Of a stretch of 47,520 bases of DNA, positions 8,953 through 17,266 are shown one piece after another. Positions within the stretch are counted from its first letter, which is position 1. Every line of letters starts with the position of its first letter. A program made the position numbers and the translations under genes. This stretch comes from a bacterium (GTDB lineage: Bacteria; Margulisbacteria; WOR-1; O2-12-FULL-45-9; XYB2-FULL-48-7): positions 1 to 47,520 of the forward strand of contig JBDRLW010000020.1 in NCBI GenBank assembly GCA_043812655.1, given 5' to 3'. Below the pieces are notes generated by a model, which was given only the letters and a program-made list of their open reading frames with translations, was not told the DNA's origin and searched no databases.

Positions 8953-9456
8953 CTAATACTGAAGCAACCTCCCAAACTCCTCCCCAAAACTCTTAACAAC
9001 TTCTGGATCGGAGATAAACACCGCGTTTTCGTAGTTGTTCTTCTCGGCGTTTTCGGTCCAATTGTAAGAGCCGGTCACAACTTCTTTATCATCAAAGATC
9101 GCAAATTTATGGTGCATGATCCCCCGCCCCTTCCCCTGCAAGAGCTTAACAGGGATCCCTTTGGAGAGAAGAAAATTTATCTCCGAGTTTTTGCCTTTAG
9201 CTTGGCCCTTATCGGCCACAACCTGGATAGCCACGCCCCGATCCTTGGCATTCTCTAGCGCCCAAGCGATCTCGCCCGACGTAAAACTGTAGATCGCCAG
9301 CTTTATGCTTTTTTGGGAGAGGTTTATTTTAGCGATTATTTTGTCTCTAATCCCACCATTGGGGGAAAAATAGGCGGAGGCAGAGGGCAAAGCGTGGGTG
9401 GTTGAAACTAAGGCTAATAATAGGATAACAATAAAAAAACATTTAAGCTGCTTCAT
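8953..9456 (-). CDS. Secreted phospholipase D-like (Nuc-type) nuclease/phosphodiesterase
   Basis: Signal peptide, single HHKFAIFD (HKD) motif, GSYNWT, NYEN. Confidence 0.88.
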   Translation of the reverse strand: MKQLKCFFIVILLLALVSTTHALPSASAYFSPNGGIRDKIIAKINLSQKSIKLAIYSFTSGEIAWALENAKDRGVAIQVVADKGQAKGKNSEINFLLSKGIPVKLLQGKGRGIMHHKFAIFDDKEVVTGSYNWTENAEKNNYENAVFISDPEVVKSFGEEFGRLLQY

Positions 9457-9515
9457 GCTAAGTAAAATTTTACGCTTTTTGGGGGGTTATTACAATCAAC
9501 GGCAAGAGCAAAAAC

Positions 9516-9689
9516 TTATTTTTTCCCTTTGCCTCTCATCTGTTGCTGGTAATGGAGTTCTTCTTTTTTGATCGTCTTGGCATTTTTACGCGTGATCTCG
9601 GCTTTACAAAAGGGGCAAAAAACGCTCCCTTCGGCTACTTCATTGCCGCATTCGCACTTTGGCGGGGCTTTATGTCTTAGTTTACTCAC
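9516..9689 (-). CDS. Small basic zinc-ribbon protein
   Basis: CEC...FCPFC; GTG start lies 7 nt after a TTGTAT-17-TAAAAT promoter. Confidence 0.65.
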   Translation of the reverse strand: MSKLRHKAPPKCECGNEVAEGSVFCPFCKAEITRKNAKTIKKEELHYQQQMRGKGKK

Positions 9690-9727
9690 AGCATCAATTT
9701 TACCATTTTTATGCCGAAAATACAAGA

Positions 9728-9763
9728 AAAAACCCCCGGATCGCTCCGGGGGTTTAATTTTTT
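9728..9763. terminator. Intrinsic terminator downstream of the RRM gene (likely bidirectional)
   Basis: AAACCCCCGGA-TCGC-TCCGGGGGTTT hairpin with A-tract on the left and T-tract on the right. Confidence 0.85.
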
Positions 9764-9780
9764 ATCAAAGGTTCTTTTTA

Positions 9781-10080
9781 TTAGAACCGGTTGAAATCGC
9801 GTCTTCCGCCGCCGCTTCTATCGCGGTCGCGGCTTTCAGACTTTGGTTTGGCTTCATTGATCGTAATTTCGCGATCGCCCCATTTATAACCGGTTAATGC
9901 GGCTATAGCTTTGGCAGCGTCAGCGTCTTCCATATCAACAAATCCGAATCCGCGGGATTTACCCGAGAATTTGTCGTTAACGATCCGGGCTGAAATTACG
10001 TTACCGAATTCAGCGAATTTTGCTGAAAGATCGGCATCAGTAACAGACCACGGAAGGTTGCCTACGAATATGCTTTTCAT
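9781..10080 (-). CDS. RRM-domain RNA-binding protein
   Basis: RNP2 IFVGNL, RNP1 RGFGFVDM, Gly/Arg-rich tail; AAGGAG SD. Confidence 0.95.
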   Translation of the reverse strand: MKSIFVGNLPWSVTDADLSAKFAEFGNVISARIVNDKFSGKSRGFGFVDMEDADAAKAIAALTGYKWGDREITINEAKPKSESRDRDRSGGGRRDFNRF

Positions 10081-10215
10081 ATGTTTTTTGTGTGTCTCCT
10101 TATTTTATTTTTCTGCGGATTAACTGGTGGGAGGGACCCGAACTAGGCGGGAACACTCAAAAGAAAAAAGCTGCAGGAACTTTTAACTCACTCAACCATT
10201 TAACTCGACTGTTAT

Positions 10216-10244
10216 ATTCTACACTAGTATCGGACGCATTGCAA
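10216..10244 (-). promoter_or_regulatory. Sigma70-type promoter of the RRM gene giving a ~130-nt 5' UTR
   Basis: TTGCAA-17 bp-TAGAAT. Confidence 0.6.
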
Positions 10245-10256
10245 GTAAATTTCACC

Positions 10257-10721
10257 CTATTTTATTTCGAGGACCTTATACTTCACGAGTCCTCGGGGGA
10301 GCTCTACTTCTATCACGTCGCCAACCTTCTGGTTGATGATCGCTCCGCCAATAGGTGACGCGGTCGAAATTTTATTCTCCAAGACATCCGCTTCCATTTC
10401 TGAGACCAGCATATACTCCGATTCGTTCTCGGTATCAAGCGCCATGATCCGGACGGTCGAGCCAAGTGAAACTTGGCCGCGGGTCATAAGTTCGCTTTTA
10501 TCAACAACCTTGGCATTTTCAATTTTGGCTTCCAGCTCCTTGATCCGCATCTCGTTCATCCCCTGCTCTTCTTTGGCCGCGTGGTAAGCGGAATTTTCGC
10601 GCAGGTCGCCGGCCTCCCTTGCTTCCCCTATGGTTTTAGAAATGATCGGCCGTTTCTTTTTCAGCTCTTCCAGCTTCTCTTTCAGCTTTTCATAATTTTC
10701 TTTGGTCATCTGTTCTGCCAT
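10257..10721 (-). CDS. greA: Transcription elongation factor GreA
   Basis: GDLRENSAYHAAKEEQ, ISTASPIG motifs. Confidence 0.96.
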   Translation of the reverse strand: MAEQMTKENYEKLKEKLEELKKKRPIISKTIGEAREAGDLRENSAYHAAKEEQGMNEMRIKELEAKIENAKVVDKSELMTRGQVSLGSTVRIMALDTENESEYMLVSEMEADVLENKISTASPIGGAIINQKVGDVIEVELPRGLVKYKVLEIK

Positions 10722-10808
10722 AGTATATTCCTCGCTTTCATTATATATTATACCATTTTCGCATATTAACTAGATTTAACTCTAGAGATAAGGTAAAATA
10801 ACGGCATT

Positions 10809-11615
10809 ATGAAAAACAAATTCTTGGCTTTAACGTTCCTGGCTTTGCTGGCCGCGACCTGCGCTTTCGCCATGGGACCCGCTCCCCATTTGCCCGGCAT
10901 TCTCGAGTTGCAAACAAAAATCAATGCCGATCTAAATAGGTTAGATAATGATACCAAACAAACCGCTGAGAAGCTCGGATCGCTTGACCTGACGGGACCT
11001 GATGCCAATGCCCTCCTTAAGGGCCTCTACAATGATAATAATTTTGTTGTCAACGCGGTGATCGTTGATTTAAAAGGCAATATCATTGCGGTCGGCCAAG
11101 ATAGATACCAGGGTTCTATCGGCGAAAACTTAAGCGGGCAGGACCATATCATTAAACTTTTTAAGACCGGTAAACCGGTTTTAAGTTCCCTCTTTAAAAC
11201 GGTCGAAGGGTTTTACGCTATTTCGCTCGCCTACCCGATCAGCTCGGCCGGCGGGAAGACAGCTGGCTATCTTAGCGTTGTTTTTCGTCCGGACACAATG
11301 ATGGGCAACATCATTAATCCTTATTTGGCCAATACGCCAGGAGTGGAAGTCTTAGCGATCCAGGAAGATGGGCTGATAATTTACGATAAGGATATCATGC
11401 AGATCGGCAAGCTCACCTTTTCTGACCCGCTCTACCAAAATTACCCCCAGCTATTAAAGATGGCCAAACAGGTCACTCTCCAAGACAGCGGCACGGGAAC
11501 CTACGAATTTCCCGCCGGTTTCGGGCAACTCCCAGTCGCCAAAACTACCGAATGGACGACCATTAGCCTGCACGGGACCGAGTGGCGGCTGATCGTCTCA
11601 AAGACGGAAAAATAA
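10809..11615 (+). CDS. Secreted stand-alone Cache-domain protein
   Basis: Signal peptide; QDH...KPVLS.LF..VEG.YAISLAYPI dCache-like pattern; no TM or output domain. Confidence 0.7.
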   Translation: MKNKFLALTFLALLAATCAFAMGPAPHLPGILELQTKINADLNRLDNDTKQTAEKLGSLDLTGPDANALLKGLYNDNNFVVNAVIVDLKGNIIAVGQDRYQGSIGENLSGQDHIIKLFKTGKPVLSSLFKTVEGFYAISLAYPISSAGGKTAGYLSVVFRPDTMMGNIINPYLANTPGVEVLAIQEDGLIIYDKDIMQIGKLTFSDPLYQNYPQLLKMAKQVTLQDSGTGTYEFPAGFGQLPVAKTTEWTTISLHGTEWRLIVSKTEK

Positions 11616-12377
11616 CCACCCCATTAGAACAAGCGCCGCGGCCACCCGATAAACGCCAAAGGGGATAAAGGTGTGCTTTTTAATGAAATTCAAGAAGAAT
11701 TTTATACTAAGCAGCGCGACCAAGAAAGAGACCACGAACCCGATCGCCAGCACCCCAAAATCTGAACGGGAAAAAGAACTCCCGCTTTTCAAGAGATCGA
11801 GCACCGAGGCGGCCAGCATCGTCGGCACCGCCAAGAGAAAAGAAAATTCGACAATGGTTGTCCGCTTAAGGCCGAGAATAAGGCCACCCACGATCGTGGC
11901 CGCCGAGCGCGAAACTCCGGGGAACATGGCCAGCGATTGGAAAAGGCCGATCAGCACGCACTTGCCGTAAGGGATCCGGCTAATATCTTCCAGTGCCGCT
12001 TCCTTGTCACGATGGAATAATTCAAAGAAGATCAAAAACAAGCCGCCGATCAAAAGCGACCAGACAATGATCATCCCATTACCGATCAAATAGGTCTTGA
12101 TCACCTTGTAGAGGAGAAAACCGATGATCGCGGTTGGGATAAAAGCCGCTATGATCCGTTTTAAGCTTTCAAAGTCGACCAGGAACCTGCGCCAGTAAAA
12201 AACAAAGACCGATAAGATCGCCCCAAGCTGGATGATGATCTCAAAACTTTTCACAAAGTCGGTCTGCGGGATGTGCATCACTTTGGCCGCTAAGATCATA
12301 TGGGCGGTCGACGACACTGGCAAGAATTCCGTTATCCCCTCCACTATCCCCATAATGATCGCGTGTAAAATATCCAT
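11598..12377 (-). CDS. uppP: Undecaprenyl-diphosphate phosphatase
   Basis: GIVEGITEFLPVSSTAH and PGVSRSAATI motifs. Confidence 0.95.
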   Translation of the reverse strand: MDILHAIIMGIVEGITEFLPVSSTAHMILAAKVMHIPQTDFVKSFEIIIQLGAILSVFVFYWRRFLVDFESLKRIIAAFIPTAIIGFLLYKVIKTYLIGNGMIIVWSLLIGGLFLIFFELFHRDKEAALEDISRIPYGKCVLIGLFQSLAMFPGVSRSAATIVGGLILGLKRTTIVEFSFLLAVPTMLAASVLDLLKSGSSFSRSDFGVLAIGFVVSFLVALLSIKFFLNFIKKHTFIPFGVYRVAAALVLMGWLFFRL

Positions 12378-13702
12378 TATATCCTCCTTTTAAGTTCATC
12401 CAGGATCTGGACCATGCCCAGGGTGTCTTGCTCGCAATATTTCTCGAGAGCATTAAAGACTTTTTGCCGGTCGGCGGGCTCGATCGCTGTCCCAAAAACA
12501 ACGCGCAGATATTCGGTCCGGGCGGTAAACCCTTCCTTGATCTCCAGGCCGTCATAAGAGGTCCCGACAAGCGCCGGTAAAACCGCCTTCATCGACGTGC
12601 TTTCGGCCTGCTGGGGATCATAAAAATGGCGATTCTTGAATGGGAGCCAAAGGTCGATAAACCTGGGGGCGGTCGCTTCCAGCCATGATTGATATTCCGG
12701 ATAAGCCTCGGCCATCCGCCGCAAACAATTCTTCTCATACGTCGCGTTGTAAGCCAGGATCGAACCTTTATCTTTTAATAGTTCTTTTAAACGGGCCAAA
12801 ACTTCGGGCCGGGGGTCAACATCACCCGGCGCTAAATATGAATAATGGATCGGCGCCGCTCCTTCCCCGGCAACTTCATGGAGGGAAAACTGGAACGGGA
12901 CCTCTTCATAAGGATGGGTCAGGTCGTAGATCGGGACCGCGGGAGCAAGCGTCTCAAAATCAAGATAATAGACCGGATATTCTATCTGCCGTAAAAATGT
13001 TTTGATCGCCTCTTTATCAAATTGCGCCTTCCGGCTGGAAACCGGGCTGGTGTAACCGCAAGCCTCGCTTAACCGGCAATCGCGACAGCCGGGACAGAGC
13101 GGGATATCCGGCGGCTCTTTGCCGGCGATGATCTTTTGCAGTTCAGCCAGCTTAGCCTCGATCCCGCCCAGTTTTTCACCGACCCGCTCGGAAACTTCTT
13201 CTTTCTTTAACAGCTTGGCCGGCTCGATCGCGCCCCGCTTAATATAATCGCGGTTAAGGTTCATCAGATACGTCCCGCGAATTTTTAGGCCAGCGCCTTG
13301 GTAAGTATATTTTTGGAACGCCACGTCGTCATAATACGTGGCTTTTAAATTGGTCGAGCTTTTTACTTCGATCAGATCCCAAGCGTCAGCTTCAACGGGA
13401 AGAAGGATGTCAGCGATCGCGTAGGCATCGTTATAAAGGAAGCCGGCTTCAAACAGAGGCTGGCGGGCCGATAAAGCCTGGAGCGATTTATCGTGCATTT
13501 TTTGGAAATTCCAGTCGCGTTCAAGAAGGATTCCGCCGGGATAGGCCTGCCGCGCCACGGCGCCAACTTTATTGCCTTCATCCATCACCGCTTTGGCCAT
13601 AGCGTCGGGTTTGGGAATTTCTGACTTGCGATTAAACTCGTACCACAACAGCTTGGGGCACTGCAATCCTTCGATAAATTTACTTTTGGAAATTACCGGC
13701 AT
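12377..13702 (-). CDS. DUF2779-type protein (RecB/Cas4-like nuclease plus RNase H-like exonuclease)
   Basis: ISKSKF..GLQCPK, ADIL...IEVKSS, Cys cluster, YLDFET, PFQFSLH, YCEQDT. Confidence 0.8.
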   Translation of the reverse strand: MPVISKSKFIEGLQCPKLLWYEFNRKSEIPKPDAMAKAVMDEGNKVGAVARQAYPGGILLERDWNFQKMHDKSLQALSARQPLFEAGFLYNDAYAIADILLPVEADAWDLIEVKSSTNLKATYYDDVAFQKYTYQGAGLKIRGTYLMNLNRDYIKRGAIEPAKLLKKEEVSERVGEKLGGIEAKLAELQKIIAGKEPPDIPLCPGCRDCRLSEACGYTSPVSSRKAQFDKEAIKTFLRQIEYPVYYLDFETLAPAVPIYDLTHPYEEVPFQFSLHEVAGEGAAPIHYSYLAPGDVDPRPEVLARLKELLKDKGSILAYNATYEKNCLRRMAEAYPEYQSWLEATAPRFIDLWLPFKNRHFYDPQQAESTSMKAVLPALVGTSYDGLEIKEGFTARTEYLRVVFGTAIEPADRQKVFNALEKYCEQDTLGMVQILDELKRRI

Positions 13703-13986
13703 TACATCCCGGGGAGGTTAAGGCCGCCGGTGATCTTTTGCATCTTCTGGGCCATGTCGTTCTTGGCGTTCTTGAGCGTCCGGTTGATCAAATCTTTAAC
13801 GATACTTTCGACCTTATTTAGCGGCAGTTCTTGGGGGATCTTTAATTCCTTGATTTCCAATTCGCCATTGATCATGACCTTGACCCCGCTATCTTCGCCT
13901 TCATACCTCGCCCGCCCGATCTCGTCTTTCAAGCGCTTCGCCTGTTTCATCATCTCGCCCATTTTTCCGATGTTGCCAAAAACCAT
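13702..13986 (-). CDS. ybaB: YbaB/EbfC nucleoid-associated protein
   Basis: MMKQA...GVKVMING...KITGGLNLPGM; GGAGGT SD before ATG at 13986. Confidence 0.88.
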   Translation of the reverse strand: MVFGNIGKMGEMMKQAKRLKDEIGRARYEGEDSGVKVMINGELEIKELKIPQELPLNKVESIVKDLINRTLKNAKNDMAQKMQKITGGLNLPGM

Positions 13987-13999
13987 TGCCTTTACCTCC

Positions 14000-14338
14000 T
14001 CATCCGGGTGGCCAATCAAACGCCCGTCCGCCTAAAAGATGGACATGGAGATGATCGACCGCTTGCCCGGCCGCTTTACCATTGTTAATGACCGTCCGAA
14101 ACCCTTGTTTGTCGAGCCCCAAATCTTTAGCTAGCTTGATCGCTACCCGAAAAAGTTCTCCCATGATCGCTTCGTCAGCCAAGTCAGCCAACGAGTCCAC
14201 ATGCTGTTTGGGAATAATTAAAATATGCGTCGGCGCCTGCGGCGCGATATCGTTAAACGCCGCTACTTGGTCATCCTCATAAACCAATTTTCCCGGGATC
14301 TCTTTCTTTAATATCTTACAAAAGATACAGTTTTCCAT
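14000..14338 (-). CDS. Histidine triad (HIT) nucleotide-binding protein
   Basis: CIFCKI, GQAVDHLHVHLLGGR, WPPG end. Confidence 0.95.
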   Translation of the reverse strand: MENCIFCKILKKEIPGKLVYEDDQVAAFNDIAPQAPTHILIIPKQHVDSLADLADEAIMGELFRVAIKLAKDLGLDKQGFRTVINNGKAAGQAVDHLHVHLLGGRAFDWPPG

Positions 14339-14346
14339 GTTCACTT

Positions 14347-14388
14347 CCCCCCCTCTACCCCCTGGGAGAGGGGGCAGGGGGTGAGGGC
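14347..14388. repeat. REP-like palindromic element, family A (intergenic copy)
   Basis: CCCCCCCTCTACCCCCTGGGAGAGGGGGCAGGGGGTGAGGGC; near-identical copy at 19660-19699. Confidence 0.8.
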
Positions 14389-15353
14389 TAATAGCTGATT
14401 TTCAATTCCACGATCCGATGGTTGGCGTTGTCAGCGACAAATAGCCTCCCCTTTGGCCCTAAACTAATTCCCATCGGCGCGTTAAATTCCCCTTGCCCAG
14501 ATCCTTTTTTCCCAAAATCTAAAACCAATTCGCCTGATTTGGCGAAAATACAGATCCGGTTATTGCCGGTATCGGCCACATAAAGGAATTGTTCGTCGAG
14601 CGCCACGCTTTGCGGCGCGTTCAAGATCCCGTCGCCAATGATCGAAACTCCCCGGTCATTTTGGTCGAATTTTTGGATCCGGTTGTTGCCGGTATCGGCA
14701 ATAAAATAACTCCGGTCTCGGTCAACCGCCACGTCCATCGGCCGGTTGAGAAAGCCCAGGCCAAGGCCAAACCCGCCGGTTTCAGCGGCAAAATTACCGC
14801 TCGAATCAAATTTTAACACCCGGTCGTTCCCCGAATCGGCTAAATAAAGGTTCCCCAATTGGTCGACATCCATGCCGGCCGGGTCGCGGAGCGTTTTAAA
14901 ATTATACTCGCCGGCCCCGACAGTATTAAGAAAATTACCCCGGATATCAAAGAGCTGGACCCGGTCACCGTCCCGCTCTGAAACATAAAGGCGATAATTA
15001 AAATCAACCGCTACACCCCAGGGAGTATTGAATTTTCCGGTCGCCATCCCAAACCCGCCGAACTGGTAGACGAACCGGCCGTCCTCGCTTACCCGCTCGA
15101 TCCTATTGTTGCCGGTATCGGCGATAAAAAGATCGCCCAATCCGGTCTCAATATCACCGATCGCCGCGACTTTTATATCTTGCGGATAATAGAACTGCCG
15201 CTCCCCCGAGCCAGGCATCCCGATCTCTTTCACAAACTCTAGCGTCGGAGTGACCAGCGTCGTTGTCTTGGGAACTTCGCCCATCGCCGCCGCTTCGCGG
15301 CAAACTACAAATAACAAAACACTAGCTACAAACAACGGCGCCAGTTTTTTCAT
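14388..15353 (-). CDS. Secreted NHL-repeat beta-propeller protein
   Basis: Signal peptide; repeated F..P.D/G.AVD...Y.ADTGNNRI. Confidence 0.9.
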   Translation of the reverse strand: MKKLAPLFVASVLLFVVCREAAAMGEVPKTTTLVTPTLEFVKEIGMPGSGERQFYYPQDIKVAAIGDIETGLGDLFIADTGNNRIERVSEDGRFVYQFGGFGMATGKFNTPWGVAVDFNYRLYVSERDGDRVQLFDIRGNFLNTVGAGEYNFKTLRDPAGMDVDQLGNLYLADSGNDRVLKFDSSGNFAAETGGFGLGLGFLNRPMDVAVDRDRSYFIADTGNNRIQKFDQNDRGVSIIGDGILNAPQSVALDEQFLYVADTGNNRICIFAKSGELVLDFGKKGSGQGEFNAPMGISLGPKGRLFVADNANHRIVELKISY

Positions 15354-16102
15354 AATAAAAGTTCCTTTATCTTCGCGGCGGGATCAGGCGCTCGCAATAG
15401 ACTTTCACCGACCAGTATCCCCCGCACCCCACACGCCTTGAGCGCGCGCACTTCTTCATTTGAATTTATCCCGCTTTCGGAGATAACAATTTTATCTTTG
15501 AGCTCGGGAACGTTATCTAAAATCCGCAAGGTTGTCTTAACATCGACCGCTAAGGTATCGAGATCACGATTGTTGATGCCAATAATTTCCGCCCCAGCTT
15601 TAATTGCTCTCCTGGCTTCTTCTTCATTATGAACTTCAACCAATGCCGCCAGTTTTAACGATTTAGCTAGCTTAATAAAAGCGATCAATTGCTCCTCGGT
15701 TAGGATCCTGACGATCAAGAGGATGGCATCGGCTCCGGCTTGGCTAGCTTCGTATATTTGTGCTTCGTCGATCACAAAATCTTTCCGCAAAACCGGCAGG
15801 TTTGTCGCCGCCCTGGCTGTTTTCAGGTCTGCCAGCTTCCCTTGAAAGAATTTTTCGTCGGTCAAAACCGAGATCGCGGTCGCGCCGGCCTTGGCATAAG
15901 CTTTGGCTAAAGCAGTCGGATCAAGTTTTTTAATCAACAGGCCAGCCGAAGGAGAAGCTTTCTTTATTTCGGCAATTAAAGCGAACTTTTTACCTTTAAG
16001 GAAGGGGCGAACTTTTATTTTCCTCTTCTTTTTAGGATTTATTCGAACTTTAAGCGCGGTTACGACCTGCCTCTTCTGAAAAACAATTTCGTCAAGAATC
16101 AT
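15350..16102 (-). CDS. trpC: Indole-3-glycerol phosphate synthase
   Basis: IAEIKKASPS, LRKDF, GINNRDL, SESGI; start MILDEI at 16102. Confidence 0.96.
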   Translation of the reverse strand: MILDEIVFQKRQVVTALKVRINPKKKRKIKVRPFLKGKKFALIAEIKKASPSAGLLIKKLDPTALAKAYAKAGATAISVLTDEKFFQGKLADLKTARAATNLPVLRKDFVIDEAQIYEASQAGADAILLIVRILTEEQLIAFIKLAKSLKLAALVEVHNEEEARRAIKAGAEIIGINNRDLDTLAVDVKTTLRILDNVPELKDKIVISESGINSNEEVRALKACGVRGILVGESLLRAPDPAAKIKELLL

Positions 16103-16118
16103 GTTGTATAATATTAAC
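16103..16118. promoter_or_regulatory. Bidirectional leaderless promoter between trpC and rsmH
   Basis: CATGTT-GTATAATATT-AACATG; TATAAT on + and TATTAT/TAATAT on - within a 16-bp gap between divergent ATGs. Confidence 0.65.
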
Positions 16119-16991
16119 ATGGAGAAAGTGCCTTATCAACACACCCCCGTTATGCCGGTTGAAGTCATCAATTCGTTAAACCTGGCACCAGGCAAAACGA
16201 TCGTCGACTGCACCCTCGGAGGAGGAGGACATACCGAGAAAATCAAACTGCAAATCCCAAACTGCAAAATAATTGCGTTCGACCAAGATGGGGAAGCCCT
16301 CACCGCGGCTAAAGAACGGTTAAGGCCTTTTTCGGATATAACTTATATTCATTCTAACTTTGCCGGCCTAAAAGAACACTTAACTGCCAAGGCCGACGGT
16401 TTTCTTTTTGATCTTGGCGTTTCGTCATACCAATTAGACGAACCGGAGCGCGGCTTTTCTATTCGCCAAAACGGGCCACTCGATATGCGAATGAACAAAA
16501 CCCAAGCTCTTTCGGCTTTCGACATTATCAACACCTATTCCGCTACCGAACTAGAAGCTATCATCCTAGAATACAGCCAGGAACGGTTTGCCCGGCGGAT
16601 CAGCCAAGCGATCGTTCGAGCCAGGGAAACAAATCCTATAAAAACAACAGAACAATTAAAGATCGTCATCGAAAAAGCGATCCCGACCTGGAAAAAGAGG
16701 GAATCTATCACCAGGGTTTTCCAAGCTCTGCGGATCGTTGTTAACAACGAACTGGAAACTTTAAAAAAGGCATTAAATGACGCTATCGAGCTGCTAAATC
16801 CGGGCGGCCGGATCGTCGTCATCGCTTACCATTCGTTGGAAGACAGGATCGTAAAACAAACTTTCAGGGCCGGGATCCAAAGTGGTATACTAAAAAGGAT
16901 AACCAAGAAACCGCTCCTCGCCCAGGCCGAAGAATTGGCCGCCAATCCCCGGGCCGGGAGCGCCAAGCTTCGGGCAGCGGAAAAAATATGA
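16119..16991 (+). CDS. rsmH: 16S rRNA m4C1402 methyltransferase
   Basis: HTPVM, DCTLGGGGH, DLGVSSYQLD, PLDMRM, YHSLEDRIVK, NPRAGSAKLR. Confidence 0.96.
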   Translation: MEKVPYQHTPVMPVEVINSLNLAPGKTIVDCTLGGGGHTEKIKLQIPNCKIIAFDQDGEALTAAKERLRPFSDITYIHSNFAGLKEHLTAKADGFLFDLGVSSYQLDEPERGFSIRQNGPLDMRMNKTQALSAFDIINTYSATELEAIILEYSQERFARRISQAIVRARETNPIKTTEQLKIVIEKAIPTWKKRESITRVFQALRIVVNNELETLKKALNDAIELLNPGGRIVVIAYHSLEDRIVKQTFRAGIQSGILKRITKKPLLAQAEELAANPRAGSAKLRAAEKI

Positions 16992-17254
16992 ATAAAATTA
17001 CCAGTTTTCGCTTAGCGGTTTTTATTTTAGTCGTCTTTTTACTCCTGGCCGGCCTCCATCTGGTCATTTTCGCCCAAAATGTCGGTCTCAAATACGAACT
17101 GACCGACCTTAAAATTAAACTCACCGAATTGACCGGTAAAAACAAGGAACTCAGTTGCTTCGTTGCCCAGGCAGAGGACTTGGGCTATATCGAAAAGTTC
17201 GCCAAAGAGCGTTTAGGCATGCACTACCCGGAACGAGTAACTTATGTTCCGTGA
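16988..17254 (+). CDS. ftsL: Cell division protein FtsL-like
   Basis: Directly after rsmH; TM helix, coiled coil, IEKFAKERLGM..P. Confidence 0.75.
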   Translation: MNKITSFRLAVFILVVFLLLAGLHLVIFAQNVGLKYELTDLKIKLTELTGKNKELSCFVAQAEDLGYIEKFAKERLGMHYPERVTYVP

Positions 17255-17266
17255 TATACTAATGTT

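Noticed and set aside
12377..13702. cas4 of a CRISPR system
   Set aside because: Fused to an exonuclease domain in a housekeeping operon; no cas1/cas2 or array
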